A DNA stretch of 64,000 nt from Raillietiella orientalis (Eukaryota), in contig JAYWIR010000068.1 in the NCBI GenBank assembly GCA_036172245.1, positions 62,001 to 126,000 on the forward strand, in the 5' to 3' direction. Positions within the stretch are counted from its first letter, which is position 1. Every line of letters starts with the position of its first letter. This document shows, piece after piece, positions 1 through 10,786 of this stretch. The notes beneath the pieces are model-generated. The model saw only the letters and a program-made list of their open reading frames with translations. It was not told the origin of the DNA and made no database searches. The position numbers and the translations under genes are program-made.

Positions 1-1661
1 AAGGATTTCCGATAATAGTGAAACATGAAAACCTTCATGTAAAAATCACATACTGCGAAGGTTCATACACATAAATGGAAATGCAGCATGCAAGTGAGTA
101 CAATTTTACATTTACAAAGCATTTGAAACCCCTGGTGCTAAGGAAAACGATAAAGGATCCACTCCACATTTTTCAGCATTTATGGAGCACTTCACGATGT
201 TGGACAAACAAGTTCATTACAACGCAATCAAATGGAAAAGCAACAACAGGTATGGTGTTCAATCTTATCTGCACTCTTGCAATGCTGCACCCACATATTT
301 GCACAGAGATCTCGGTAAGAACCACCCAAGTGTCAATGATGCCAATGAGTGGAAACAAAAGGAAGCATTTGATTCATCACATGGTATTTCTGAAATCAAA
401 GTGTTGGTGAAATGAACTACAGATGTGCAGCTACTCTCGTGCTAACTGAATACTTAGCACTCTTTCAAAAACTTTAGAAGACACCATTTGCTCAAGAGCA
501 ACATGAGGATAGCACGTGCAAACTTCTGAGAAGAAAGTTCTACAAATCCCATGTCTCAAGAAGACTTCAGGTTATGCTACATGATAAAATCTCAAAATGA
601 CTTGCTGTTTGCTGGCAAAGCCACACCTATTGAACAACACTTTACACAGCATTGGGTGCTCAAGCCACATCTAAAGGTAAAACCCTATTGAAGTCTTGAG
701 GGGAACACATCAGGAAAACACAACTCCTTGTCAAGGAGTGCACAATGAGCACTTACCCACACTACACGTCAACGTGGAATCCCTGCATTCGAATGCAGCT
801 ATTCTAACTTTCGTTTTCATGCTGATCCTACTTCCTCTTATTCAACGTTATGTGCACCTTTTGCAATGATCCTTAATGCCAGGTTGGGAAAACGAATTTC
901 CACTAGTGGGGAAGAGGCCACGTTCACATGGATTTACGGACCAGTCGGAATCAGAAGGCAAAACAACATATATCTGTTGAACATATCTTTTCCCCAAATG
1001 CATGAAGATGGGGCATTAACGAGTTCGGATTGAGGACAATCGCGTTACGGGGCTTTCAGGCCATTTCCCAGCTACGAACATTCCACGTCCCCTTTTTGAG
1101 GCGAGAAAGCAACGAAGCGCAAGCAGTTGCGCATTCGTACAACAGAGGCATGCAAACTTACTGCAAAGCAACCTGAGCCGGCCAGATGCTAAGACGAGCA
1201 CTCCAAAGCCACCTCCACGCTGCCACAGACTTGACGCTTCCACCACCGCCAACCACCACGAAGCACATCCGGAGCGTCCATTTTGCTTCCGTTCGACGGA
1301 GCCCTCCTCTCGGTGCTGCCATCTCGGAACAGGCGGCAGAGGTGGAACTCTCGCTGCCACGCCGACGTTCCGGTGAGTTTCCGTGATGCGGCAGGTCTTC
1401 GAGCCGGATGGTCCGCCGCCTCAGCTGCGATGGGGCAGTAGGGGTGGCGGCCGTCCCGAAGGAGCGTCCTCCTTGCAAAGGGGGCGCGCGTTGCTCCGAA
1501 CCCGCTTGCTCCGCTGGACGGCGGGGACCGCACGCCGATCTTCCCTAGTGATGGCCGCTCCTGCTATCGCCTTCAAGCTGACGAAGAAAGGGGTGGCAGC
1601 AAAGGAGGGCCGAGGATCAAGCAAGACTGGACTCTGGACCCAAGCCACCATGCCTGCCCGC

Positions 1662-1677
1662 ACCCCCAATTCAAGGT
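1662..1677. repeat. Putative target-site duplication, copy at the element 3' end
   Basis: ACCCCCAATTCAAGGT, identical to 6184-6199. Confidence 0.8.
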
Positions 1678-1755
1678 TTCCCCAAGTCCCACAAGGGGTG
1701 GGGTAAGTTTATTTTTCTATAAAAATACAAAATTTACATTCGCACTCTCATTCAC

Positions 1756-4700
1756 TCAATACAAACATTTTGCACTTGGGGGTCCTTGGGTTGCACTAGA
1801 GTTCTGCTTTTCAGGGGGAATTCCAGCTGGATGGTCCCGGGCGTCGTCCTGGATCCTCTTCAGGATGAATCGGTACGTCCAGGCGTGGATCTTCCCGCAG
1901 TTCCTGATGCCGATTTCCCTCTTCAAGAGCCCTTGTAGGATCTCCATCGGTGGTGCGGCTCTCCTGGCTTTCCTCATTTTCCACCACCGCACAAGTATGG
2001 CCGTGATGAAGAGGGCTATGGTCGTCCTCACCATAGGATTGTAACAGGGAACATTACCATCCCCATGAAACATCCCGGCGAGGATCTCCATAACGGACTT
2101 GTTGGTAAGTCCTATGATCCTTTTCAGGATCAGCCAGTCATGCAGCAGTGTGGGACACGTCAAGACGTGAAGTCTCGTGTCGTCGTCTCCACATGCTGCG
2201 CAGTCTCGGTCTTCCCGTCTTCCTGTGAAGTGCTGCAATCGGGACCCACTCTGGATTCCTCCGTGATAAAACATCAGGAGGTCATCCTGGGTGCCCGGCG
2301 GAAGGTCACTCCTCCAGAGCGTCGTGCCGATCGCTAACAGGTTGAACCGTTCACTCCCGTAGCGTTCGGTGGCTTCCTGGAGGGCACTGGTGTCACGGTC
2401 GTTTTCTTGGATAAGCCTTCGGAGGTTTGTTCTGTTACCCTCGACCATGCGAAGTCGTTGTGGTTGAACCACACTTCGCGGGTCCTGTGGGTAAACCTTC
2501 CTAACATCATCTCTGTATACCGAAGTATACGAGTTTGATGTAGGTAGCCTCCTCGCCTCCACTCCTGGATTTGCAGTAGGGTAACTCTGGAACGCTGGTA
2601 GATCCAGCTTCTCGTGTCCGGCGGGACAGGAAGCAACCAAGGGATCACCAGGATGAACTCGTCCTGCCAGAGTTCCCTGCTTCGCGGCACGATCTTGATT
2701 TGGTGCTTCCGCACCAGCCGTTGCTTCCTCCTCCAGGTCGGGTCGATTGTTATCCATTCCCCTACTTTGCCTAGCAGCGCAGTCATCAGGCCTTTCGAGT
2801 TGTTAAGCAACAACGCGTAGGCCCTGTGCGCCGCATACGGCCAGTCATTTCAGTAAGTGGCCATGTCCAGGATGTGTCGCGTATCCATGATTTCCATGGA
2901 ATGTGCAAGCGACTTCATCCCGGAACCGCCTTCTTCCCTGGGACGACACAGGGGTTTCAGTCTTACTCTTGGGCGATAGTGGCCCCAGAGTGTTTTTCTT
3001 TGCAGCTTGTCGAACTTCCTAGTAGTGTCCTTGTTCATCCTGGCGAAGGCCGCCCCGAAGAGCACTTTCGGAAGGAGTACTCCGTTCCATATGTTGGCCT
3101 TTCGCTTCATCCCAAGGTCCGTTCGGGTGTACTTGGCTGCTTCCTTGGCCGTTTTCCCCAGGATTTCCTTCCACAGCAGCTTCGACGCAGAGCCTTCGCC
3201 GATGTAGACTCCCAGGTACTTGGCCGTGTCCACCGTACGGAATCCACTACCCGTTAGAGTGGAGAGATCCAGTATTCCAACGGGCAAAAGCTGGCTCTTC
3301 TGGGAATTGATTTTTAAGCCCAAGCCCTGTTCCATCAGGTCCACCACATCCAGAAACGCACGCTGATTTTTCTCTCCCTTGATGAAGAAGAGTAGATCAT
3401 CGGCGTATGCCAGATGGGTAAGACGCTGGCCATCGATTGTTATGCCTTGCAGTCGTCCGCTCTTCTCGATAAAGGACGACAACGCCTCCATGTAGATGAC
3501 GAACAGCATCGGACTTAGCGAATCGCCCTACCGGACTCCCCGTTCCATCCGGATTGCTGCCGTCTCCTGGCCGTTGATCTTGATCCGGCAGTACTGGTTC
3601 TGGAGTACCACCCTCACGAAGTTGCTGAAGTGTTCCGGAAGCCCTAGCTTCTCCAGAACCTTCAGCAGCATCCCATGGTCGATGGAGTCGAAGGCCTTCT
3701 CCATGTCAGTGAACACCAGCACCAGGTTCTCGCCGACGTATCGACTGAGTCCAACAGTGGTCTGGGCACACTTGACATTGTCCGACATGTGTCGTCCTGG
3801 GACTGCACATGTCTGGACCGGAGAGATCAGCCTCGACATGACCTTGCCTAAGCGGTTGGACCAGATCTTCGCCAACCACTTGGCATCGGAGTTTAGGATC
3901 GAGATTGGCCTCCATTGGGCGATCTGGGTAGCGTCGCCTCCTTTCGGCAGCAATCTCATCCGACTCTCGTAGAAGGACTGAGGTAGTCTGCCTTCTTCCC
4001 GGATGCAGAGGGTCAACTGGTGGAACAAGCGCAGGTAGGCGTGCAGGTACCGCTGATAGTGCGTGATGGGTACACTGTCAGGGCCCGCTGCCACGTCCTT
4101 GCGAAGTTGCACAAACGCAGTCTTCACCTCTTCTTCGGAGAACTCCTCCTCCAGTCTGTTCCGCTGGAGGTCGTCGGTCCTCTTCTCGAGATAGCTCAAG
4201 AAGGCCTGTTGACTAGAGCGACACAGCTGTTGTCGCCTGAAGTGTTTCGTGTAATGCCTGTGAAAGGCATCCACGATGTCCTCAGACGACTGTCGCTTCT
4301 GGCCGTCGTACTGGATGCAGAAGATATCTGTTTCCAGATTTCTCTTCTCCAGCACGCCGACTTCCCCTTTTATGTTATTGAGGACGTACCGACTCTCGTA
4401 CTGATCGAAGTACTTTGAGAGGGAGCGATCTTGGATGTTCAGCTCCCGGTACGCCTCTTGCCTCAAGCGCCTATCCCCGAACTGCATGTTCGCAAACCGG
4501 TGTATCCTGTGTTTCAGGCTGTCCCAGTCGGCGACTCTTCGGATTGTTGTTGCCCTCAGAATCGCCTCCAGGACAGCCTGATGTCCGGGATGGGTTTCGA
4601 ACCAGGCGGGCATGCTGATGAGCGCGGCCCTGGTGCCTTGCCTCCGCCGAGGATTCTCCGTTCTTAGGGAAAACCGCACCAGGGGGTGATCGGACACCGT

Positions 4701-5327
4701 AGTCATAGTGTCGCGAAACCCCTGGATGCGGTTCCCAAGTTCGATGCTGTGCAGGACGTGATCGATTGGCTTGTGGCTTGCTGTTCGCCAGACCAGTCCG
4801 AACTCCTCGGATAGCCGTCGATACGCCGTCCTTCCTCTGGCGTCTTCCGAATGAATGATCTCATCCAAGATGTTGAGATCGCCAGCAACAATCACGACGT
4901 CCTTAGGGGCGACCTTTTGCAGGAGTGTTGCATGCAGCGCCTCCGCACAACGATGTTTTAGCCTGTGCGGCCCGTACACGTTCACCAGGATAAGGTGAAC
5001 AGTTGCGGACCAGGCCAGTCGCACGCCGATGATTCGTCCGGGTTGGGGACAGAACACTTTCAGAATAGTGGGGGCTAAGTGGTTCTTTATTAGCACCGCC
5101 ACACCCTTCGTGTTCCGTTCTCCTTCGTTGACGAACATCTGCCCGTTGAATCGCCGTTCCATTCGCTGGCTTATCTCCAGACCCATCCTGTGGGTCTCCT
5201 GCAGGCACACGATGTCTTGTTGTGCGATGGTCCGCACAATCCTTCTTCTTTTTCCCTGGTCGACCACACCGTTTACGTTCCAGGAGCCGATGTTCAGCCT
5301 CCTGGCGGTCGATAGGGAAGAGGTCAT
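1756..5327 (-). pseudogene. LINE ORF2 (APE endonuclease + reverse transcriptase + zinc finger), disrupted
   Basis: ATG at 5327. APE motifs SWNVNG, CLQETH, NVYGP, AGDLN, SDH; RT motifs AGPD, WRPISILN, DMEKAFD, GVR*GDSLSP, YADD, KYLGV; C-terminal CAACGDDDTRLHVLTC. In-frame stops at 3528-3530 (TAG at the conserved Q of QG) and 2850-2852 (TGA); a frameshift somewhere between about 2420 and 2750. Confidence 0.9.
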
Positions 5328-5340
5328 AAAAGGGGAAGAC

Positions 5341-6183
5341 CTATTTCTTGGCCTTCCTGAGCTTCTTCTGTCTGCGAGAGCGTGCTCTTCCAGACGTCGA
5401 AGAAGCAGCGGGCTTCTCGCTGCCGGCGTCACTCTCCGTACCTGTGAGGTCGGTAATTTCCGCCTCCTCCGTAGAGTGTTCCGCCTGCGCAATCAATTTT
5501 CGAGATAGCGCCTCTATCTCGACCTTGGCGCAGAAGTTCGCCTTCACGTCGAGAAGCTGTTCCTCTAACTTCTCGCGTTCAGCGACCTCCACCACCTGGT
5601 TGATGTTCTCTTGTGCAGTGCAGATCTTCTGCAAGATTTTCTCTTCCTGAGGACCGCTCTGCACCTCCATGATCTCCTCCGCCAGTGTTGCCAACTCCTC
5701 CGTGGTCTGCAGAGCTTCCTGCGACACTTTAGTGGCTTCCTGTCTCTCTTCCTTCGCGCCTTCCTGCGCTACCTCCATCTTCTCGCCTTCCTGCTCTGCT
5801 GCTTCCAGGATTTGAGGAGTTCCTTGCTCCTTGACGAGCATCCTCCTCTTTCCCTTCTTTCCCACTTCTATGAAGCCGTCCGCCGACACCGGGACGGCTT
5901 CTTTCACTTTTTTCTGCCTTCCTGCCTTCTGAGGCTGTTCGGCCTCCTTGATGTTTCTCTCTCTCACGGGAGAGAGACCTCGAATCCTTCTGCAGTTTTC
6001 AAACTCCGGACAGCTCCATTTCGCATGTCCGTGTTTCTTGCAGAAGGAGCACACCTCCGGCTGCGGGCGGTTTCGGACTTGATGTCCTACTTTGCCGCAG
6101 CGGAAACAACGACACGTTGGGCAAGCGCCGGCCCTGTGGCCGAACTGCTTGCACCCGGTGCAGAATACCGGTTGTTGCCGGTA
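5341..6183 (-). pseudogene. LINE ORF1 C-terminal part (three CCHC-type zinc knuckles + Glu/Lys-rich region)
   Basis: Frame of ORF 5341..6054 stays open upstream and reads YRQQPVF-CTGCKQFGHRAGAC-PTCR-CFRCGKVGHQVRNR-PQPEV-CSFCKKHGHAKWSC. Stop at 5341-5343 lies 13 nt before the ORF2 ATG. No N-terminus: the frame meets the direct repeat at 6184 and hits a stop at 6193-6195. Confidence 0.85.
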
Positions 6184-6199
6184 ACCCCCAATTCAAGGT
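6184..6199. repeat. Putative target-site duplication, copy at the element 5' end
   Basis: ACCCCCAATTCAAGGT, identical to 1662-1677; coincides with the loss of recognisable ORF1 sequence. Confidence 0.8.
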
Positions 6200-7618
6200 C
6201 GTGGCTACCGAGGAACGGTAGCTGTGAACGCAGCCTCCAGTTGCTTTCTGCACGCTGCGCGCTCTTTGCGTACCTCCACGAAACTCCTCCACCTGCAGCT
6301 CCATCTCAGAGCGGCAGAGGGAGATTTGGCAGGAAGCCCCCGTCTCTGTAGTTTTGACTAGCTCTTCTAGATGGCGTTCGGATCCCGGATTTGTGCGTTG
6401 GCTCTTCTCGACCGAGGAGGGCGAAGGGCAGACGAAGAATGCTGTTCGCTCCAACTGACCCAGGAAGGAGCTTGGGCTTCTTCCTCCTCCGGGCAAGAGA
6501 CCCTCCAGACGCGCAGCCACTCCCGCAGCCTCGCCTGCGCGCGGCCTGACCGAGCAGAAGGCCGGGACGAGCGACGGGTCCGGCAACCCGGATCGCAACT
6601 TGCACAGGACGAGGCGCTTCCCGACGGCGGCGGTCACCGGCTGCAAGGCGGCTCAAGGTCGCAGGAGATGGCAAATTTCAGGCGGAACTTTTCCAACTTT
6701 TCGCGTTGGACTGGATGACGCATCGACATCCGCAGTCCATCCCGAAGGTCTCTTTTTCTTTCTCTCTGAGTGACATCCCGACGGTGTTCCGTGCTTCTCC
6801 TGAAGTGGCGGGACTCGGGTCTCCCCATGCAATTCACGTCGTCTCCACTGGAGCGGAAGAGGCACGGCTCGTGGCTGAGCCCCCGGCCCCCAAGGGGCAA
6901 CGTGGAGCACGCGTGCTCTCCACGAGTGGTGGAAGGTCACCTGCGGCGGCGGCGATCTCGGCCTCGAGCTGCACTTGAGGAGCTGTGGCAGGAAGGAACC
7001 GCAGTCCGCGGGAGGAAACGGCAGTCCAGGGGTGTGCTGACCACTGTGCTCTCCTTCACCAAGATGGCCGCATCCACGACAGCAGAGGGAGGAACTCGCC
7101 GGCATCCCAGAAAGAATGATGATCAGACAAGACACCCGGTTGAGCCTGGGCGTTTGTTTATATAAAATGAACATAGATGTCGATGGCAGCACTCTTCGTC
7201 CCGCTACATCACAGATGCAACCATGGCAACCTGCCGAGGAGCGGCACGCTTTTGCCTAGACGACCCCAAAACCATTTTCCGGCGCCTCTTCATGCGTAAC
7301 GTCCTGCCGCCAGCAGCATCTCTAGCAGTTCTCTGCTCCGTGCGCGGAAGCGTGGCAAAGTGAAACGCGAAAAGAGGGCACAGTAGCAGGGATGCCATCC
7401 ATTGGACGGGAATCTCCTTTAAGACTGGGTCCCGATGGCTCCAACTGCAACCAAAGATGCAGAATGCATCCTAAACAGGATGCAGAGAACGTCTCCGGGT
7501 TAACAGTGATCCCTTCCCGCCCCTCTTTCCCCTAAAAACTCCTCCTCCCCCATTTTTATCTTTTTTTTTGGCTTGTGTTTGGTTTTCCCTCTTCCATTGC
7601 CGCTGGGGAGGAACTCAC

Positions 7619-7760
7619 GGGTCTGAATACCGGTTTTCGGCAAGTTCTACCACGCACATTCGCGCGTGGTAGAACCACGTGTTCTACCACGATTTTGTAA
7701 TCACGACTTTTATAATTTTTTTTTATAATAAACGCCCCAGAAAATCCGGATGGCAAACCC
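7619..7760. repeat. Short hairpin-rich, MITE-like element
   Basis: GTTCTACCACG at 7644-7654 and 7681-7691 with its reverse complement at 7665-7675; imperfect terminal inverted repeats at about 7619-7638 and 7740-7760. No clear TSD. Confidence 0.4.
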
Positions 7761-8879
7761 GCGCGTCGAGAAGCCCTCCCCTTGAACTTCTTATCCCTTA
7801 ACTTGGAAGCTTCGTTCCTGGGTGGTTTGTTGAGCTCTCCCGATTAACCCTCCCGGTGCAACCGGGTGATAAACGACGGAAAGCGACCCGCAGGCGCTGC
7901 TTCTCGTGAGCAGCTCGTCCGTTGAGTTCCTCACGAAACGAGTGGGGGAAGGGGTAAACAAAACAAAAAAAAAGCCGTTTTTTTGTCCGCCTCCAGCCCA
8001 AAAAATGTTGGGGGGGAAGAGAAGGGATGATGGACTTCTTGCCAGCGTGCTCAGCTTCCTCTGGAGGATGTTGGCAGCTTCCTCCTCTTCTTGTTGGTAG
8101 CGGCGTGGCCATCTTGTCGCTTTCCTCGTAAAGGGGCAAGAGATTGCGATGACGTCACCGTTCGACCAGCCTCTTCCTGCGCTGCTGATCGCCTCCACAA
8201 TCCCACGAAGGCGGCACGGAGCTGCGAGGGAAGCTGCAGGCCACGTCGAGTTGCGCACGAAGAGGCCCCGCATGACCTCCCCGCCGTTGTCCATGACGAC
8301 TGGGAGGGCCGCGGCGTTCCCGCGCTCTCAGGAGGGCAACGACGCAACCCAGCGACAGGAGCAGGTAACCTTCCCGCCCCTGTTGTTGCGCCTGGCACAG
8401 TCCGCTACTTCACTGCACCTCGTCCAGTGGTGGACTCGCGCGTCGCCTGGGATCGCCCAGTGCGACAACTGGGATGCCGAGTCCTGCTTCACTTCAGGGG
8501 AAGCGTGGAGCTGCCCACAAACTCAGAGGGACTTTTCGTTCCTTCTGGAGGAATGCCCAAAAACTTCGTACAGTGAAGGATTCTCCGGAGAGGACGGCGG
8601 GGGTGGAGGCGGCAGCCAGTCGACGCGCCGTCTAGCATTCCAGCTGCTTTCCCCCGATCTTGCAGGACGATTCCCATCTTTCAAGGCCATGGCCGTTCCC
8701 ACTTCGTTGGGCTAAGTGTGGCTGCTGCAAGTGGGGGGTGCTTCATGCTCAGAGGGTCTTCCTCGGGCAATCCATGGTTTGCTGCAGCGTACAGCGAGCG
8801 CAGCTCGAGTATTGCAGGCATCGCGATAGCTCCGAGCTCTTGCCGTCTCTTGCCGCCCACGCCTGAACCGTTCGCTGTT

Positions 8880-9215
8880 CCTTTTTTGGGGATTCGCCAA
8901 GTACCTCAAGAACAGTCACGCACCTGGAGGCCCACGCAGCTCTTTGGCGCCGTTCCACGCCACCCGAGCGTGAGTGCAATTCTTCAAGATAGTGGGTGCT
9001 CGGGAGGGGACCGCCTTTGAATCTAGGAAAGGCTTCAGAAAAGGGAGTCCGTGCCTCTTACGCTTGGGATGGCTCCTACAAAGGCCACTGTCACCCTGGT
9101 TGTCTCAGAAGGGAACCTCGAAGATGTCCGCTCTGTTTTTTTCTTCTCCAGAGGGAACCCTCTAGGAAGCAGTTTTCTATTTCCTTCTCCTCTGAAGATA
9201 ATCCCGAAAGGACGC
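8880..9215. repeat. Diverged repeat, copy A (inverted relative to about 10290-10620)
   Basis: CACTGTCACCCTGGTTGTCTCAGAAGGGAACC (9086-9117) matches the reverse complement of 10347-10378 at 28 of 32 positions; weaker colinear similarity continues on both sides. Boundaries approximate. Confidence 0.65.
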
Positions 9216-10289
9216 TTCCGAAATTTTCTCAGAAGGGCGCTCCCCGAGGGGAGCAGCGCGATTTTTGGCACTCTGGAAGGGCATCACCAATCCACCAACT
9301 CCATCGTACAAGACAATGGTCCCTCCCCCGTCTTCTTTGTACAAGTGGAGGGGAACTACCACTCGCTGATTTTGTTTCCTGGAAGGACCCCGGATGGTCG
9401 ACTCCCAATCCCGGCCCCTCATCAGGGACATCCGGTTTGAACAGCTACCAGCGCCGCACCCAAACACAAGTCAGTCAGCATCATCTTACGGGATGAACTC
9501 GAATCCAAGACGCACCTCCATCTCTTGACATCGATCTTTCCCCTGGTGAGATTCGAACCCGCGCCGCCTGTTGTCACGCGCGGAGACCACGACCATGTGA
9601 CCTCTGACGCAAATAAGCGCTGCCGTTTCCTGTTTCCAGGAGCGACAGGTGGCGTATCGGCGGAAAATCCATCTGTTCTCCCAGGCCGAGGCAACCTTTG
9701 GGAGGACGCACTGGTGAGGAAGAGGACCAGGCGAGGAGATGGTCTTGGATTGATCCTCTTCAGCTGCTGCGCTGGGGTGGTGACTTGAGCCCGCAGGGCC
9801 AGTCTTGAAACCCTGCCCCCCAGTTCTCCTTGAGCCCCAGCAATCCCAGTGCTCGCCGATGATCCGCTCCACCCTCCAGATGCACCGGCACGTGGCACGC
9901 AACTGAGCTGGAGGCGGACAAGAAAAAAGTGCGATGCGGTGCTTCTGGGAGCGACAGACCACCAGAGAGCGGGAAGAGCTCGCTGGGATCACGCAGGGAA
10001 GACACCTAAGGTGCACCGATCGGCGAGTTCGATTGCGAAACAGCATGGCCCATCCCCTTGGCGTCTGTCGCCAAGGCGCAATACCTCCCTTCGAGGGGGG
10101 CGAATTCCTTCCGCCCGAGCGAGCTGCCACTTGGGGCACCTTCGCGATGACCAAACTGAGGTCCTCTGTTATTAGTTTCCCTCTCACCACTGGAGTCAAG
10201 AAACGCTTGCGCTCCACCCTGCGGAAGGCGCTGTGGCCCCGGTAGGCCTGTGGCGCAACCGCACGTCGAAAACGCTTCTTCTCCCTTTG

Positions 10290-10620
10290 CTAGAGACTCT
10301 TCAGGGTTCTCATCACAGGAGTAACAAGGAGCAGCGGTTGTGTCAGGGTTCCCTCCAGAGACAACCAGGGCGACGGTGACTCAGGAGGTTCCTTCCAGAG
10401 ACAACCAGGGAAATGATGACCCCCGAGGTCCCTCCCGGATAGTAAGATGAATGGACTTCTTTTTCCAGAGACCCTCCAGGACTCATAGGATGGACCCCTC
10501 CCATGATACCTCCTTTAACTTAAAGAGCGACCCTCACCCATGGGAGACGTGGAACTGTGCTAAAAGGTCCCATTAGCCCCTAGGCGAAGGTTCTTGGGTG
10601 TTCAGTAAACCAACACAAAA
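10290..10620. repeat. Diverged repeat, copy B (inverted relative to about 8880-9215)
   Basis: See copy A; contains two tandem ~40-bp units with GGTTCC(C/T)TCCAGAGACAACCAGGG at 10347 and 10387. Boundaries approximate. Confidence 0.65.
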
Positions 10621-10786
10621 AAAAAACCTCCCCAACAGAAGAGGGAAGGGAAGCATCGAAGACGGAGATAGTTCCCAAAAATCACCATCAAGGACATCTG
10701 CCTGCCGAGAAGCCTAAGGAGAGTGGACATTCCCACCCTGCAAATCCTCCTCGATCCACTCTCAATCAGGACGCTACAACTGGATG

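Larger units (their letters stand above)
1678..6183 (-). mobile_element. Non-LTR retrotransposon of L1/Tx1 type, 5'-truncated and inactivated
   Basis: Order on minus strand: ORF1 zinc knuckles, APE endonuclease, reverse transcriptase, C-terminal Cys/His finger, AATAAA (1708-1713). Flanked by the exact 16-bp direct repeat ACCCCCAATTCAAGGT at 1662-1677 and 6184-6199. Confidence 0.9.

Noticed and set aside
1695..1710. U1 snRNA target site (ACTTACC after the LINE AATAAA)
   Set aside because: Only 7 nt match the U1 5' end and the following sequence is unrelated.
5328..5492. N-terminal extension of LINE ORF2 overlapping ORF1
   Set aside because: Non-ATG start; the endonuclease domain begins just after the ATG at 5327.
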